A DNA stretch of 64,000 nucleotides from Escherichia coli (GTDB taxonomy: Bacteria > Pseudomonadota > Gammaproteobacteria > Enterobacterales > Enterobacteriaceae): assembly GCA_023061495.1 (NCBI GenBank), contig GCA_023061495.1_3643.1. One strand, written 5' to 3'. The notes below the pieces were generated by a model, which ran no database searches, was not told the origin of the DNA, and saw only the letters and a program-made list of their open reading frames with translations. Positions within the stretch are counted from its first letter, which is position 1. Every line of letters starts with the position of its first letter. Of the stretch, positions 10,137 through 18,296 are shown piece by piece. The position numbers and the translations under genes are program-made.

Positions 10137-10334
10137 ATGATTTATCGAATCCGTGTAAGAGAAGATGCACCAGGCTGTTACTTTGACTGGCGTGGGTGGT
10201 GGTTTCTCCACCCAATGGATGGACTCGCAGATAGAATGCTGGATGCTGCCCTTTATACAGATACCGATATAGAATATAATCTCTATCTGAAGGACGGTAT
10301 AGATAACGGCCTGTTTGAAGCAATTCCTGTGTAA
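10137..10334 (+). CDS. Hypothetical small protein
   Basis: RBS AGGAGG upstream of ATG. Confidence 0.5.
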   Translation: MIYRIRVREDAPGCYFDWRGWWFLHPMDGLADRMLDAALYTDTDIEYNLYLKDGIDNGLFEAIPV

Positions 10335-10402
10335 GAGACTGTGATAGCTATGTTTTATGATCTTCCTGTAGCACCACCACCTGTTGAACCCGGAGAACTA
10401 AG

Positions 10403-10828
10403 ATGATCTATGAAATGCCAAAACTGATTCGCGACGATGCCCAAAACGCTCACACCATTATTATGGGCAAACGCATGGATATTATTTGTCATAGAGATTT
10501 CTGGGAAGGAAGTTACTTCACAGAGTATTTTGGTAAACTGGACAATGGTCTGCTGATCCAGTTCTACACCGATGCGGAAAACAACATTCACTGGGAGTTC
10601 GAAACTGAAGATATTCATAAACTTTTCACCTTCCTCGGTATTAAGGTTGAGGCCAAGTTTGAAGAAGGCGAGTGCGACGATTGTGGATTCTACGAGGTAA
10701 CAGATTTCTATCTCCCAAGTGGTGAGAACCTTTACTATGAAAGCCACTTCGGCAACTCAAATATGCCACAAGGTTGGGATGAGTTTTTTGAAATTGCGGA
10801 AGAGGAGCTGGCATACCGTGATTATTGA
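10403..10828 (+). CDS. Hypothetical protein
   Basis: RBS GGAGAA upstream of ATG; ORF track. Confidence 0.5.
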   Translation: MIYEMPKLIRDDAQNAHTIIMGKRMDIICHRDFWEGSYFTEYFGKLDNGLLIQFYTDAENNIHWEFETEDIHKLFTFLGIKVEAKFEEGECDDCGFYEVTDFYLPSGENLYYESHFGNSNMPQGWDEFFEIAEEELAYRDY

Positions 10829-11276
10829 TACTGTAGAGGGAGATTTAATCTCCCTTTTTAAGAGCGGTGCTGGTCACCTGATCCACGGTTGTAACTGCTT
10901 CCACACAATGGGCAAGGGGATAGCAAAACAGATTGCCCGTGAGTTCCCTCAAGCATTGGCAGCTGACAAAGAGACCAGACACGGTTGCCTAAGTAAACTG
11001 GGTGCGTTCTCCCGATGGGAGCACTTATCTCCGAGAGGTATTGTCTACGGAATCAATCTGTATACTCAGTTCTACCCAGGACCTAATGCTGAATATTTCT
11101 CAATCCTGAAAGGCTTTGAGCTAGTCAATGAGGTATTCAGTGGATCGACTTTACCATTCTACATCCCTAAGATCGGGTGCGGCATAGGCGGTTTGAAGTG
11201 GGAGCACGTAGAGGACGTTATTAACCTTGCCACTTTTGATATGAATATTATCGTGGTGGAGTACAAAAAGTGTTGA
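10818..11276 (+). CDS. Macro-domain protein (ADP-ribose binding/processing)
   Basis: GDLISLFKSGAGHLIHGCNCFHTMGKGIAKQI and IPKIGCGIGGL fit macro-domain signature blocks; GTG at 10818 overlaps upstream stop, start uncertain. Confidence 0.6.
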   Translation: MIIDTVEGDLISLFKSGAGHLIHGCNCFHTMGKGIAKQIAREFPQALAADKETRHGCLSKLGAFSRWEHLSPRGIVYGINLYTQFYPGPNAEYFSILKGFELVNEVFSGSTLPFYIPKIGCGIGGLKWEHVEDVINLATFDMNIIVVEYKKC

Positions 11277-11329
11277 CAGCGGGTTTTTGAGATGGTATAG
11301 TCACCACAACGATTGAGAGAGGGAGCACT

Positions 11330-11500
11330 ATGGAGACTAAAATCTTAATTCTGGCTGTGATAGATACAACCGAAGGGGCTGTGTTCGAATCTGCAGGAGG
11401 GTATTTCTACCTACCCTACGGAAAAAGAACTGCTGAACCAGGTAAAGATTCAATCATCAAAGTGTCCCCGTGTGCTTTCTGGCTGGAGATTTTGGTATAA
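11330..11500 (+). CDS. Hypothetical small protein (56 aa, below track cutoff)
   Basis: TTGACA-17-TATAGT promoter at about 11273-11301, then GAGAGAGGGAG RBS and ATG at 11330. Confidence 0.4.
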   Translation: METKILILAVIDTTEGAVFESAGGYFYLPYGKRTAEPGKDSIIKVSPCAFWLEILV

Positions 11501-11526
11501 GATTGCAGAGGATTTGGGAGAGAATT

Positions 11527-11721
11527 ATGAGAAACAAGAGAGAGCTTTACTCTGGCGCGTGGATAAACGATCAACAGGTTGGAGAGGTAACCTGCTTCCG
11601 GTGTTTTACTCGGTACAATCTTAAAACTGCACCAAAAAGTGTTCCAAAGACTGATGGTTATTACATAAAAGAGCCTCATTGCCCGAAATGTAAATGCCGA
11701 GTATACTGGAGTAACCTGTAA
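11527..11721 (+). CDS. Hypothetical zinc-ribbon protein (64 aa)
   Basis: ATG 11527 after GGGAGAG; CFRCF...CPKCKC. Confidence 0.45.
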   Translation: MRNKRELYSGAWINDQQVGEVTCFRCFTRYNLKTAPKSVPKTDGYYIKEPHCPKCKCRVYWSNL

Positions 11722-11725
11722 AAGA

Positions 11726-11753
11726 TTGACATCTGAAAACTACAGTGTATAAT
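11726..11753 (+). promoter_or_regulatory. Sigma70-like promoter (TTGACA-16-TATAAT)
   Basis: Near-consensus -35 and -10 hexamers about 30 nt upstream of the 11785 gene. Confidence 0.55.
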
Positions 11754-11784
11754 ATACGCACAGACTAACAGAGAGCGACGTATT

Positions 11785-11976
11785 ATGGTAATTTTTAACC
11801 GGGATGGCATCATAGTTAGACAGCACCCCTTCCTTGAATACTATCAAATTGAGCAATGGTGCTACGGAGATTGCAGTCACTCCTATGGGCAAAGTTGGGG
11901 ATATCGCACAGTTTTTGAATCAACAGACCTTGACAAAGTAAGACAGAAAGTTTTAGAACTTATTAACAACAAGTGA
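11785..11976 (+). CDS. Hypothetical small protein
   Basis: ORF track; downstream of strong promoter. Confidence 0.5.
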   Translation: MVIFNRDGIIVRQHPFLEYYQIEQWCYGDCSHSYGQSWGYRTVFESTDLDKVRQKVLELINNK

Positions 11977-11986
11977 GTATCGTGCC

Positions 11987-12319
11987 ATGGTAACATTGGA
12001 AAGACGTAAAGCTATCGCCGCCACACTGGCAGACATCTTTTGGGATTGCAACTTAAAAGATACCCGAAATTGTGGCGCATCTGTAGATGTATTATTCCCA
12101 CGGCCCACCATTGTTGCAATGGGAAACCTGTTAAACGTAGTGTACGGAGCATGGGACAAAGAAGGTGGATTCTATATCTGGCAACCTGACTACGGAGCCT
12201 GGAAAGAGGTAAGGGGTGCGGATGACTTTGGGCCTACAGTTGCTAAGATGGATGGCTGGGAAATTTATGTTGGAAACGACATGAAGCTGAAAGGCGAGAT
12301 TGTTTACTGGTTACCTTAA
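11987..12319 (+). CDS. Hypothetical protein
   Basis: ORF track; compact spacing. Confidence 0.5.
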   Translation: MVTLERRKAIAATLADIFWDCNLKDTRNCGASVDVLFPRPTIVAMGNLLNVVYGAWDKEGGFYIWQPDYGAWKEVRGADDFGPTVAKMDGWEIYVGNDMKLKGEIVYWLP

Positions 12320-12339
12320 GAAAGTGCAGGAGATAAAGT

Positions 12340-12585
12340 ATGAACAAAGGGTGGACATTCGTAGACGGCGTTGAAAACATGCCTCTCGGAAAGTATATCG
12401 TAGCCATGGCTGACAAGAATGGCAATGTAGATTTCGGAGCTTGCGAGGTTGTTCTTGCAGGATCTGGTGGCTATGTGCACAAAACTGGGGTAATTAATGG
12501 TCAGTTCTACTTTGATCACAACCCTGTTGTAGCGTATATGGCTATGCCAGAGTTCAAGCTACCAAAGGAGGGTGCTGATGTTTAA
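12340..12585 (+). CDS. Hypothetical protein
   Basis: RBS GCAGGAG upstream of ATG. Confidence 0.5.
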   Translation: MNKGWTFVDGVENMPLGKYIVAMADKNGNVDFGACEVVLAGSGGYVHKTGVINGQFYFDHNPVVAYMAMPEFKLPKEGADV

Positions 12586-12772
12586 GCTTAAATCTGCATG
12601 GAACATTGCTGTAGGCGATGAGATCCGCATTCCGGGTGGGAAGACCGTTATGAAGATATCCCGTATTGAATACGAAGGTGACCGTGTATTCCATATTTTT
12701 GCAGAAGATGGTCGAGAAATTTATATACAGGCAGGCTCACACATCTATATTCGTAAAGGGGATGACAAATGA
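12578..12772 (+). CDS. Hypothetical small protein
   Basis: ATG 12578 after AAAGGAGGG; overlaps upstream gene end. Confidence 0.5.
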   Translation: MFKLKSAWNIAVGDEIRIPGGKTVMKISRIEYEGDRVFHIFAEDGREIYIQAGSHIYIRKGDDK

Positions 12773-13110
12773 CAGAGATCATCATTTCAACTGCAGGGTA
12801 TGTATTCCTGACAATCATTGCGCTGATCATCTTGGTGGTGGTGTATGGATTTGTTATCCTGCCTATTCTTGAGACATTTAGTTTGTGTCGGTGTTGGAGA
12901 AAGGCTTACGGACCACAGCCGTGGAAAGACTGGCCTCATCTGTTACGCATAGCGTTCTCCTATGCCTATGATCACTCCAGCAGTGCATGCATAACTGGGT
13001 ATCACGCCCACAACTGGAACTGGGAAGGGTTGGGGAGATGGAATGTTATAAAAACTATACCTCTACGCATGTACAAAGGAAAAGGAGGGATTGATGGGAA
13101 TACCTGTTAA
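12769..13110 (+). CDS. Hypothetical membrane protein
   Basis: ATGA overlap with upstream stop; N-terminal hydrophobic segment IISTAGYVFLTIIALIILVVVYGFVILPIL. Confidence 0.5.
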   Translation: MTEIIISTAGYVFLTIIALIILVVVYGFVILPILETFSLCRCWRKAYGPQPWKDWPHLLRIAFSYAYDHSSSACITGYHAHNWNWEGLGRWNVIKTIPLRMYKGKGGIDGNTC

Positions 13111-13738
13111 AGACAGAAAAGTATGTGGTCGTGGAGTAAACGATTTAAAAGACAAAGTCCCAATGTACCAATCTGTTAATGGTAAGAGAGTACCAGAACC
13201 CCACTACGCTACATGGAAAGCATTATTCCAGAGGTGCTACGGCGATAACTCAAAGTACCATACAGGTTGTGAAGTTGTAGAAGATTGGTGGTTGTTCTCA
13301 GAATTCTGGAAATGGATGGATACACAAGAGTGGAAAAGAGACTCTAAGAAGTTCACTCTTGACAAAGATCTGAAAATCCCTGGAAACAGAATATACTCCC
13401 CAGAAACATGTATGTTTGTCCCACCACAAATAAACACCTTATTTGGCATAAGACAGGCAGCACGAGGGGATTTACCTTTGGGTGTGACACTTAGAAAAGA
13501 TGTAAACAAGTATCTCGTGCATTGTCATCGAGATGGAAAAATTGTTCATGGCGGTCATTTCGATGATCCACAGACAGCACACAAGGTGTGGCAAGAAATG
13601 AAACTTGAGGAGATGAAACTTCAGGCTATTAAAAACAAAGATGAGATTTGGCTGTTCGCCATTAAACGTGCAATAACTATCCTTGAGAATGATTTGAAAA
13701 ATAATAAGGAGACTATAACATTGGTGAAATTTATTTAA
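13094..13738 (+). CDS. AP2-domain protein with degenerate HNH-like N-terminal region (homing-endonuclease-derived)
   Basis: GVTLRKDVNKYLVHCHRDGKIVHGGHFDDPQTAHKVWQE fits AP2 DNA-binding domain; RBS AAAGGAGGG before ATG 13094. Confidence 0.55.
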   Translation: MGIPVKDRKVCGRGVNDLKDKVPMYQSVNGKRVPEPHYATWKALFQRCYGDNSKYHTGCEVVEDWWLFSEFWKWMDTQEWKRDSKKFTLDKDLKIPGNRIYSPETCMFVPPQINTLFGIRQAARGDLPLGVTLRKDVNKYLVHCHRDGKIVHGGHFDDPQTAHKVWQEMKLEEMKLQAIKNKDEIWLFAIKRAITILENDLKNNKETITLVKFI

Positions 13739-13839
13739 GATATTTATGGTAGTATTTATTTTAAAATTATAAAAATTTTAGGCGATGAGGGAAAATATGT
13801 AATGGATTTTCCCTTATTTATCAGATATTTGCAGATATT

Positions 13840-14250
13840 TGGAAATCCTTAGAAAATCAGAAAATGGATCGAAAACTAAAATGGATTTTTCAGAGTAGGC
13901 GCGACAAGCTGAATAACTCATCCTACCGTTTGCACCATATTCCAGGCCACCATTATAGATTTCCCACACATGCTCACATCCTTCTACTAGAACTTCCTCC
14001 ACTTACCCTTGACCTTTTATGGTAATAATCTAACCACTATCTTGAAGTTGCAGTGCAGCTTTCCAGGTACTCGATCTGTTTTTCGTTTCAAAGATTGAAT
14101 TTTCTGAAAATTTTTCTCGATAAATTTTTCGGTACTCGATCTGTTTTTCGTTTTCTGAATCAGATTTTCTGGGAATCGTTCCGGCGCTCGACCTGAAATT
14201 TTTGGGGACGAAATCGATTTTTCGTTTTCAGAAATGGATTTTTAAAATTT
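13840..14250. repeat. AT-rich non-coding region with iterons (23-bp perfect direct repeat at 14066-14088 and 14131-14153; several AAAATGGAT and TTTTTCGTTTTC units)
   Basis: Direct repeats visible in sequence; no convincing ORF. Confidence 0.55.
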
Positions 14251-14389
14251 CTATATGGGAATATTTTAGGAGTTATTATTTTATATAGAATTGTCACGGT
14301 AGGTAATTAGCATGCTAACTAAATTTATGAAATGCGAAAAGTTCTCATTTAGAATTTTGAGTGATAATCATTCTCGTTTGCAGAATAAC

Positions 14390-14566
14390 GGGCACCCCCG
14401 GTGATTGTCTCCCGGCCCCTACTGCCCCGGCTTGTTATTATAGTAACACACAGGACAAAGAAAGCAAGAAGTTTTTGCATAAATTTTTAGACGATAATGA
14501 TAATCGTTCTCATTTCATGCAGCGCCCATCCCCGGTGGTTGTCTCCCCCGTCACCGGTGCCTGCCG
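14390..14566 (+). repeat. Two copies of a GC-rich element (core CCGGTG(A/G)TTGTCTCCC) in an AT-rich intergenic region; third copy inverted at 22498-22540
   Basis: 14390-14431 and 14525-14566 share core and upstream GATAATC(A/G)TTCTC flank; potential stem CCGGTG/CACCGG. Confidence 0.45.
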
Positions 14567-14770
14567 TCCTTTCGATATGTATATTGTGCCACCTGGCGGG
14601 GCCGCTGTCAACACTTTTCAAAAAATTTTTCTAACCTGATGCGCTAACCGCTGCAACCTGGCGGGGCCAGCCTGGCAGGACCTAACTGACCAGGTAGGGG
14701 AGAATGAAGGCTTGCAAACCTGGTAGGCCTATGCTATAGGATAAGTAACAATTGAAGAGGAGGTACAAAA

Positions 14771-14947
14771 ATGAAAGGTAATATAATCCCCCTGGAAAAT
14801 GTAGCTATTAATGACGCTGAGGCTATCGCCCTGGTTGAAAAGGCTATGGCGGGAGCGTTGGAACATAAAGAAGAGTACGAAAAAATGATGGTTAACCTGG
14901 CAGGGGCGGCGGCTGGAGAGTTCTGCCCAAAAAATAATTTTAACTAA
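14771..14947 (+). CDS. Hypothetical small protein (58 aa, below track cutoff)
   Basis: RBS GAAGAGGAGG 8 nt before ATG 14771; stop TAA 14945-14947. Confidence 0.45.
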   Translation: MKGNIIPLENVAINDAEAIALVEKAMAGALEHKEEYEKMMVNLAGAAAGEFCPKNNFN

Positions 14948-14950
14948 TGG

Positions 14951-14979
14951 TTGACAGCTCGTACAGTTCTTGTTATTCT
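14951..14979 (+). promoter_or_regulatory. Sigma70-like promoter (TTGACA-17-TATTCT)
   Basis: Hexamers upstream of gene 15035. Confidence 0.45.
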
Positions 14980-15034
14980 TATCCTCGCAAGGTGAACAAC
15001 ACCACACCAATTAACAGAGAGAGGATAAAAAATC

Positions 15035-15232
15035 ATGAACGCCTACGGAATTAAAGTACGTCGCAACACTCACCAGGTGGTCACCGATCAAATGGTTTGC
15101 CGGGTGGATGTAACTATCAACAACGGGCAAGGCCTTTATAAATTCCGTCGTGGTCAGAGCTATACCCGGCAACAGCTTAATCGTTGCGCCCTGACAAAAG
15201 GCCAGATCAACCACTGGTTTAATAAAAAATAA
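15035..15232 (+). CDS. Hypothetical small basic protein
   Basis: RBS GAGAGGATAAAAAATC-ATG; ORF track. Confidence 0.55.
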   Translation: MNAYGIKVRRNTHQVVTDQMVCRVDVTINNGQGLYKFRRGQSYTRQQLNRCALTKGQINHWFNKK

Positions 15233-15234
15233 TA

Positions 15235-15263
15235 TTGACATACGGCCTGACACCAACTACACT
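15235..15263 (+). promoter_or_regulatory. Sigma70-like promoter (TTGACA-17-TACACT)
   Basis: Hexamers upstream of gene 15297. Confidence 0.5.
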
Positions 15264-15296
15264 AAAAACCACAAAAGACACTGAGAGGATAAAATC

Positions 15297-15695
15297 ATGA
15301 AAACCACTACCTTTAATTTTGATAATGCGGACTTTTCTTTTTCTGATGTCAAGAACTGCCGCCGTGATCGTGGATTTTACAAGGCTTATAATCTGGTTGG
15401 CCTGGACGATGACAATAATTTGCACGAAGTAGCTGAGATCCGGTATTATGCCGCCGCCAGCGGGAACACTCACTACTGCGTTTTTTGGATACACGACAAC
15501 AAGAACAATAAGTACGGCTATACTGGCGGCAAGGCGAGCGGTCACGGTTATGATAAAGCCAACGCAGCACTTGAGAGCGCATTAAATGCTATGGGGATCA
15601 CTGCCGACGGCTGGATCTACGAAGAAGAGTTTTTATCGGCACTTGCTGACCGCCTGGGCTATAAAAAGCACATTGTAACATGCGCCCACGAATAA
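15297..15695 (+). CDS. Hypothetical protein
   Basis: RBS GAGAGGATAAAATC-ATG; ORF track. Confidence 0.6.
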   Translation: MKTTTFNFDNADFSFSDVKNCRRDRGFYKAYNLVGLDDDNNLHEVAEIRYYAAASGNTHYCVFWIHDNKNNKYGYTGGKASGHGYDKANAALESALNAMGITADGWIYEEEFLSALADRLGYKKHIVTCAHE

Positions 15696-15701
15696 AAATT
15701 G

Positions 15702-15729
15702 TTGACACGCTGCAAAATTCAAGTAAACT
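15702..15729 (+). promoter_or_regulatory. Sigma70-like promoter (TTGACA-16-TAAACT) followed by leader hairpin GGCGGGAA-TGTT-TCCCGCC (15740-15758)
   Basis: Hexamers and hairpin read directly from sequence. Confidence 0.5.
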
Positions 15730-15778
15730 AGGCACAAAAGGCGGGAATGTTTCCCGCCAACACAAAGGAAAAAAGATC

Positions 15779-16174
15779 ATGAATAAGAACGTACGCCGCA
15801 TCATGAACGAACTGGCAAACGATGAAAAAATTATTGATATGCATTTGGTCAACATTTGCCGCCGTTGTGTAACATACAACAACCGCGCCGCGAAAGCGCG
15901 TGAGATGAACGCAAAAGGCACCTTAAAGCCCTTTCAGGTGGTTGTAAAATCTATAACTAGCGCAGCAGGCCAGGCGCATGACCACAACAACGAGAGCGCT
16001 AATATTGATCCGTCTTACGTAATGAAACGGATCCGGACTTGCAAGAATAAAGAGCAGGTGTATAACGTCATAGATTGGCTGGACTCCCTGGGCGATGTGG
16101 TTTACAATAGGTTTTCTGCAGCTATTGAGATTCAGTTAGACAGGTTGGACGGGAAAGTACTGAAAACTTACTGA
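15779..16174 (+). CDS. Hypothetical protein
   Basis: ATG 15779 in frame with track ORF 15680-16174, preceded by AAAGGAAAAAAGATC leader. Confidence 0.55.
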   Translation: MNKNVRRIMNELANDEKIIDMHLVNICRRCVTYNNRAAKAREMNAKGTLKPFQVVVKSITSAAGQAHDHNNESANIDPSYVMKRIRTCKNKEQVYNVIDWLDSLGDVVYNRFSAAIEIQLDRLDGKVLKTY

Positions 16175-16175
16175 G

Positions 16176-16221
16176 TTTATTTTTAGATGGCCTTGACTCC
16201 AGGGCCATCAATAAAGTAAAC
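16176..16221 (+). repeat. Conserved 46-bp intergenic palindromic element, copy 1 (TTTATTTTTAGATGGCCTTGACTCCAGGGCCATCAATAAAGTAAAC)
   Basis: Near-identical copies at 16796-16842 and 20515-20560; 7-bp stem GATGGCC/GGCCATC with loop containing TTGACT. Confidence 0.6.
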
Positions 16222-16254
16222 TAACCACAGTTGAGCGGAAAGGGGGGCTTAAAG

Positions 16255-16374
16255 ATGAGCACTGCACGCCAATACACAAAGGTAACTATTATCGTTTGCG
16301 TTGTCGGTTACATCCTGGCGCAAATGTTAATGAGTAGCGCCAACAGTTTTGCAAAATTTTTCTTAAATTTTTAA
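16255..16374 (+). CDS. Possible small hydrophobic peptide (39 aa)
   Basis: RBS AAAGGGGGG before ATG 16255; hydrophobic core VTIIVCVVGYILAQML. Confidence 0.3.
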   Translation: MSTARQYTKVTIIVCVVGYILAQMLMSSANSFAKFFLNF

Positions 16375-16402
16375 TTGACAAGCTAATCCAAATCGGTATA
16401 CT
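16375..16402 (+). promoter_or_regulatory. Sigma70-like promoter (TTGACA-16-TATACT) followed by leader hairpin GGGAA-AACT-TTCCC
   Basis: Hexamers upstream of gene 16454. Confidence 0.5.
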
Positions 16403-16453
16403 TAAACACGTAAACGGGAAAACTTCCCAGAACACACAAAAGGAGAAAACACC

Positions 16454-16795
16454 ATGACTACTATGACCGCCGCAGAAAAAGCTATGCAGATCGCCGCGCT
16501 GAAAAAACAGATTGCAGACCTTGAGAACAAGATCGATAACTTTGAAATCGACGAGGACAAGTACGACGAAAACTATGATGAATGGTTAGACGAGATCTAC
16601 GGCGAAATTATGATCGGAAACATTTCTTTTCTTCCGTCGCGTATCCTCAAGGAGCTAGATCCTATCGCTTACCGCTGCGGATTTAGCGACTACATCGACA
16701 GCCTGGATATTGAGGACGATGAAGAGTACCAAGAATTGCAGACAGAGCTCGAAGAAGTGAAAGAAGAGCTTTCAGAGCTGGAAGAAAACGAGTAA
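16454..16795 (+). CDS. Hypothetical acidic coiled-coil protein
   Basis: RBS AAAAGGAGAAAACACC-ATG; highly acidic E/D-rich sequence. Confidence 0.6.
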   Translation: MTTMTAAEKAMQIAALKKQIADLENKIDNFEIDEDKYDENYDEWLDEIYGEIMIGNISFLPSRILKELDPIAYRCGFSDYIDSLDIEDDEEYQELQTELEEVKEELSELEENE

Positions 16796-16842
16796 ATTTA
16801 TTTTTAGATGGCCTTGACTCCAGGGCCATCAATAAAGTAAAC
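16796..16842 (+). repeat. Conserved intergenic palindromic element, copy 2
   Basis: Identical core to 16176-16221. Confidence 0.6.
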
Positions 16843-16881
16843 TTTACACTGTTAACACTGAACTAATGAGGAGTTAAAACC

Positions 16882-17127
16882 ATGGCAGCACTAATCACCA
16901 AATATTATGCGCCCACCAACACCAAAAGCGCCCGTATCATGGTAAAAGGCTTCGGACGTAAAAAGGTTTACGCCTGGGATTATGCCTTAGATATGGAAGA
17001 CAACTACACCAACGCAATGACCGATTTTATTAATGAACTAAATAAACAGATCTTGACAAATTATAAAGTTACCGATATTGCTTACATAGGTGAAGGCGGG
17101 ATCTGTTTTGTAGGCATTGTGAAATAG
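16882..17127 (+). CDS. Hypothetical small protein
   Basis: RBS GAGGAG before ATG; ORF track. Confidence 0.6.
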   Translation: MAALITKYYAPTNTKSARIMVKGFGRKKVYAWDYALDMEDNYTNAMTDFINELNKQILTNYKVTDIAYIGEGGICFVGIVK

Positions 17128-17175
17128 TTATTTTTTCGGTGGTCCTGGTTGCAGGGCCATCTATAAAGATAATTT
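17128..17175 (+). repeat. Degenerate copy of the intergenic palindromic element (hairpin GGTCCTG-GTTG-CAGGGCC)
   Basis: Shares TTATTTTT...GGGCCATC...ATAAAG flanks with the other copies. Confidence 0.45.
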
Positions 17176-17203
17176 ATTAACACCATGAAAGGAGAAAGTA
17201 CAC

Positions 17204-17743
17204 ATGATTAGCGGGGCTAGTTTTATTATTGGCGCTATTGCTACGGCTTTAATTGTAAATAAGATCCAGGATAAAAAGGAAAGAGGAAGTACCGCCCTTG
17301 CAGAATATCCATTTTGGGCATTCAACGATAACGAAGATTATATTATAAAGTATAAAAATAAAGAAGGCGACCAAGTAACACCGCGACCGATCCCGGCTTA
17401 CAAAATGCAGGAAACACTATACCGCCTGGAAGCGGGTGGCGCAAAAATTGTAGACTTTTGGGGATACGACCACACAGATCAGGAAGTTATAAAGCGCCGC
17501 ATCCGGGCTATTCAGGCCAATATTGAAGTTAGCAAGGGGGAAGATATGAAAATTAATTTCGAGAAAATTGTAAAGCGCCCTCATGATTCCGAAGAGCTGC
17601 CAGAACGCCGCCAGCGTAACAATAAACTGAATAAGCCAAAAAGGTTTGGGAAGATCTGGCGCAATCATTATGATCGTAAATTGCCCGGCCTACTTTTGGA
17701 ACGTGAACGACAGGCAGAACGATACCGCCATAAAGACAAATAA
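17204..17743 (+). CDS. Hypothetical protein with N-terminal transmembrane segment and basic C-terminus
   Basis: RBS AAAGGAGAAAG before ATG; hydrophobic ASFIIGAIATALIV. Confidence 0.6.
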   Translation: MISGASFIIGAIATALIVNKIQDKKERGSTALAEYPFWAFNDNEDYIIKYKNKEGDQVTPRPIPAYKMQETLYRLEAGGAKIVDFWGYDHTDQEVIKRRIRAIQANIEVSKGEDMKINFEKIVKRPHDSEELPERRQRNNKLNKPKRFGKIWRNHYDRKLPGLLLERERQAERYRHKDK

Positions 17744-17751
17744 CAACCAAC

Positions 17752-17778
17752 GCCCCGCCATTGTGCGGGGCTTTTTAT
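17752..17778 (+). terminator. Rho-independent terminator
   Basis: CCCCGC-CATTGT-GCGGGG followed by CTTTTTATTT. Confidence 0.55.
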
Positions 17779-17902
17779 TTCTATCCTACTAATAGCGCCC
17801 CTGGTTGGCCCTGTAAGCGCCAAAAAGGCCCCCACCTATGCAATCGCCCCCCTTAACCTGAAAACATCGCCCAGGGCCGTTTTATGGCGTTAAAAATATC
17901 AT

Positions 17903-17930
17903 TGACATCGTCAACAGGTTAGCTATACTA
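17903..17930 (+). promoter_or_regulatory. Sigma70-like promoter (TTGACA ... TATACT)
   Basis: Hexamers upstream of gene 17962. Confidence 0.5.
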
Positions 17931-17961
17931 ACCACATCAAAGAGAGAAAGGAGTAAACGCC

Positions 17962-18222
17962 ATGCGTAAATTAAAAAATTTTGATAAAGTTGATGTTATC
18001 CTGAATAATTTTTACTACTGCAACAACAAGGCTATTTGGTGGCGTGATAGTTCCACCGATAAAGTCAAGGCGCGCTTTCTTCAGGGGCACTGGCAAGGCC
18101 GCCCAGTGATTAAAATCATGGGGCAATTGGTAGCGTTTAAAAATTGCCGCCGTGTTGATGACGTTGAGGAGATTTTAAACATTTTGCGCCACAATAATTT
18201 AAAAAATAGTGTTGACAAGTAA
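17962..18222 (+). CDS. Hypothetical small protein
   Basis: RBS AAAGGAG before ATG; ORF track. Confidence 0.55.
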   Translation: MRKLKNFDKVDVILNNFYYCNNKAIWWRDSSTDKVKARFLQGHWQGRPVIKIMGQLVAFKNCRRVDDVEEILNILRHNNLKNSVDK

Positions 18223-18239
18223 ATCTCAATAAGTATAAT
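18212..18239 (+). promoter_or_regulatory. Sigma70-like promoter (TTGACA-16-TATAAT) followed by leader hairpin GGCGGGAA-AACT-TTCCCGCC (18250-18268)
   Basis: Consensus hexamers; hairpin sits about 10 nt after the -10 box. Confidence 0.6.
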
Positions 18240-18296
18240 TAAACACACAGGCGGGAAAACTTCCCGCCACTAACAAAGAAAACAGGAGAAAATATC

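Noticed and set aside
11360-11395. tRNA T-loop-like GTTCGAATC motif
   Set aside because: No acceptor or anticodon stems around it and it lies inside a plausible small ORF (11330-11500); no tRNA called anywhere in the window
14361-14639. Track ORF 14361-14639 (+), and 22385-22708 (-), translating the GC-rich repeated elements
   Set aside because: Proline/glycine-rich low-complexity translation of a nucleotide-level repeat, no RBS; more likely non-coding
16176-16221. The 46-bp palindromic element as a rho-independent terminator
   Set aside because: Stem is followed by AATAAAGTAAA on the + strand and by A-rich sequence on the - strand, not a U-tract; kept as a repeat or regulatory candidate instead
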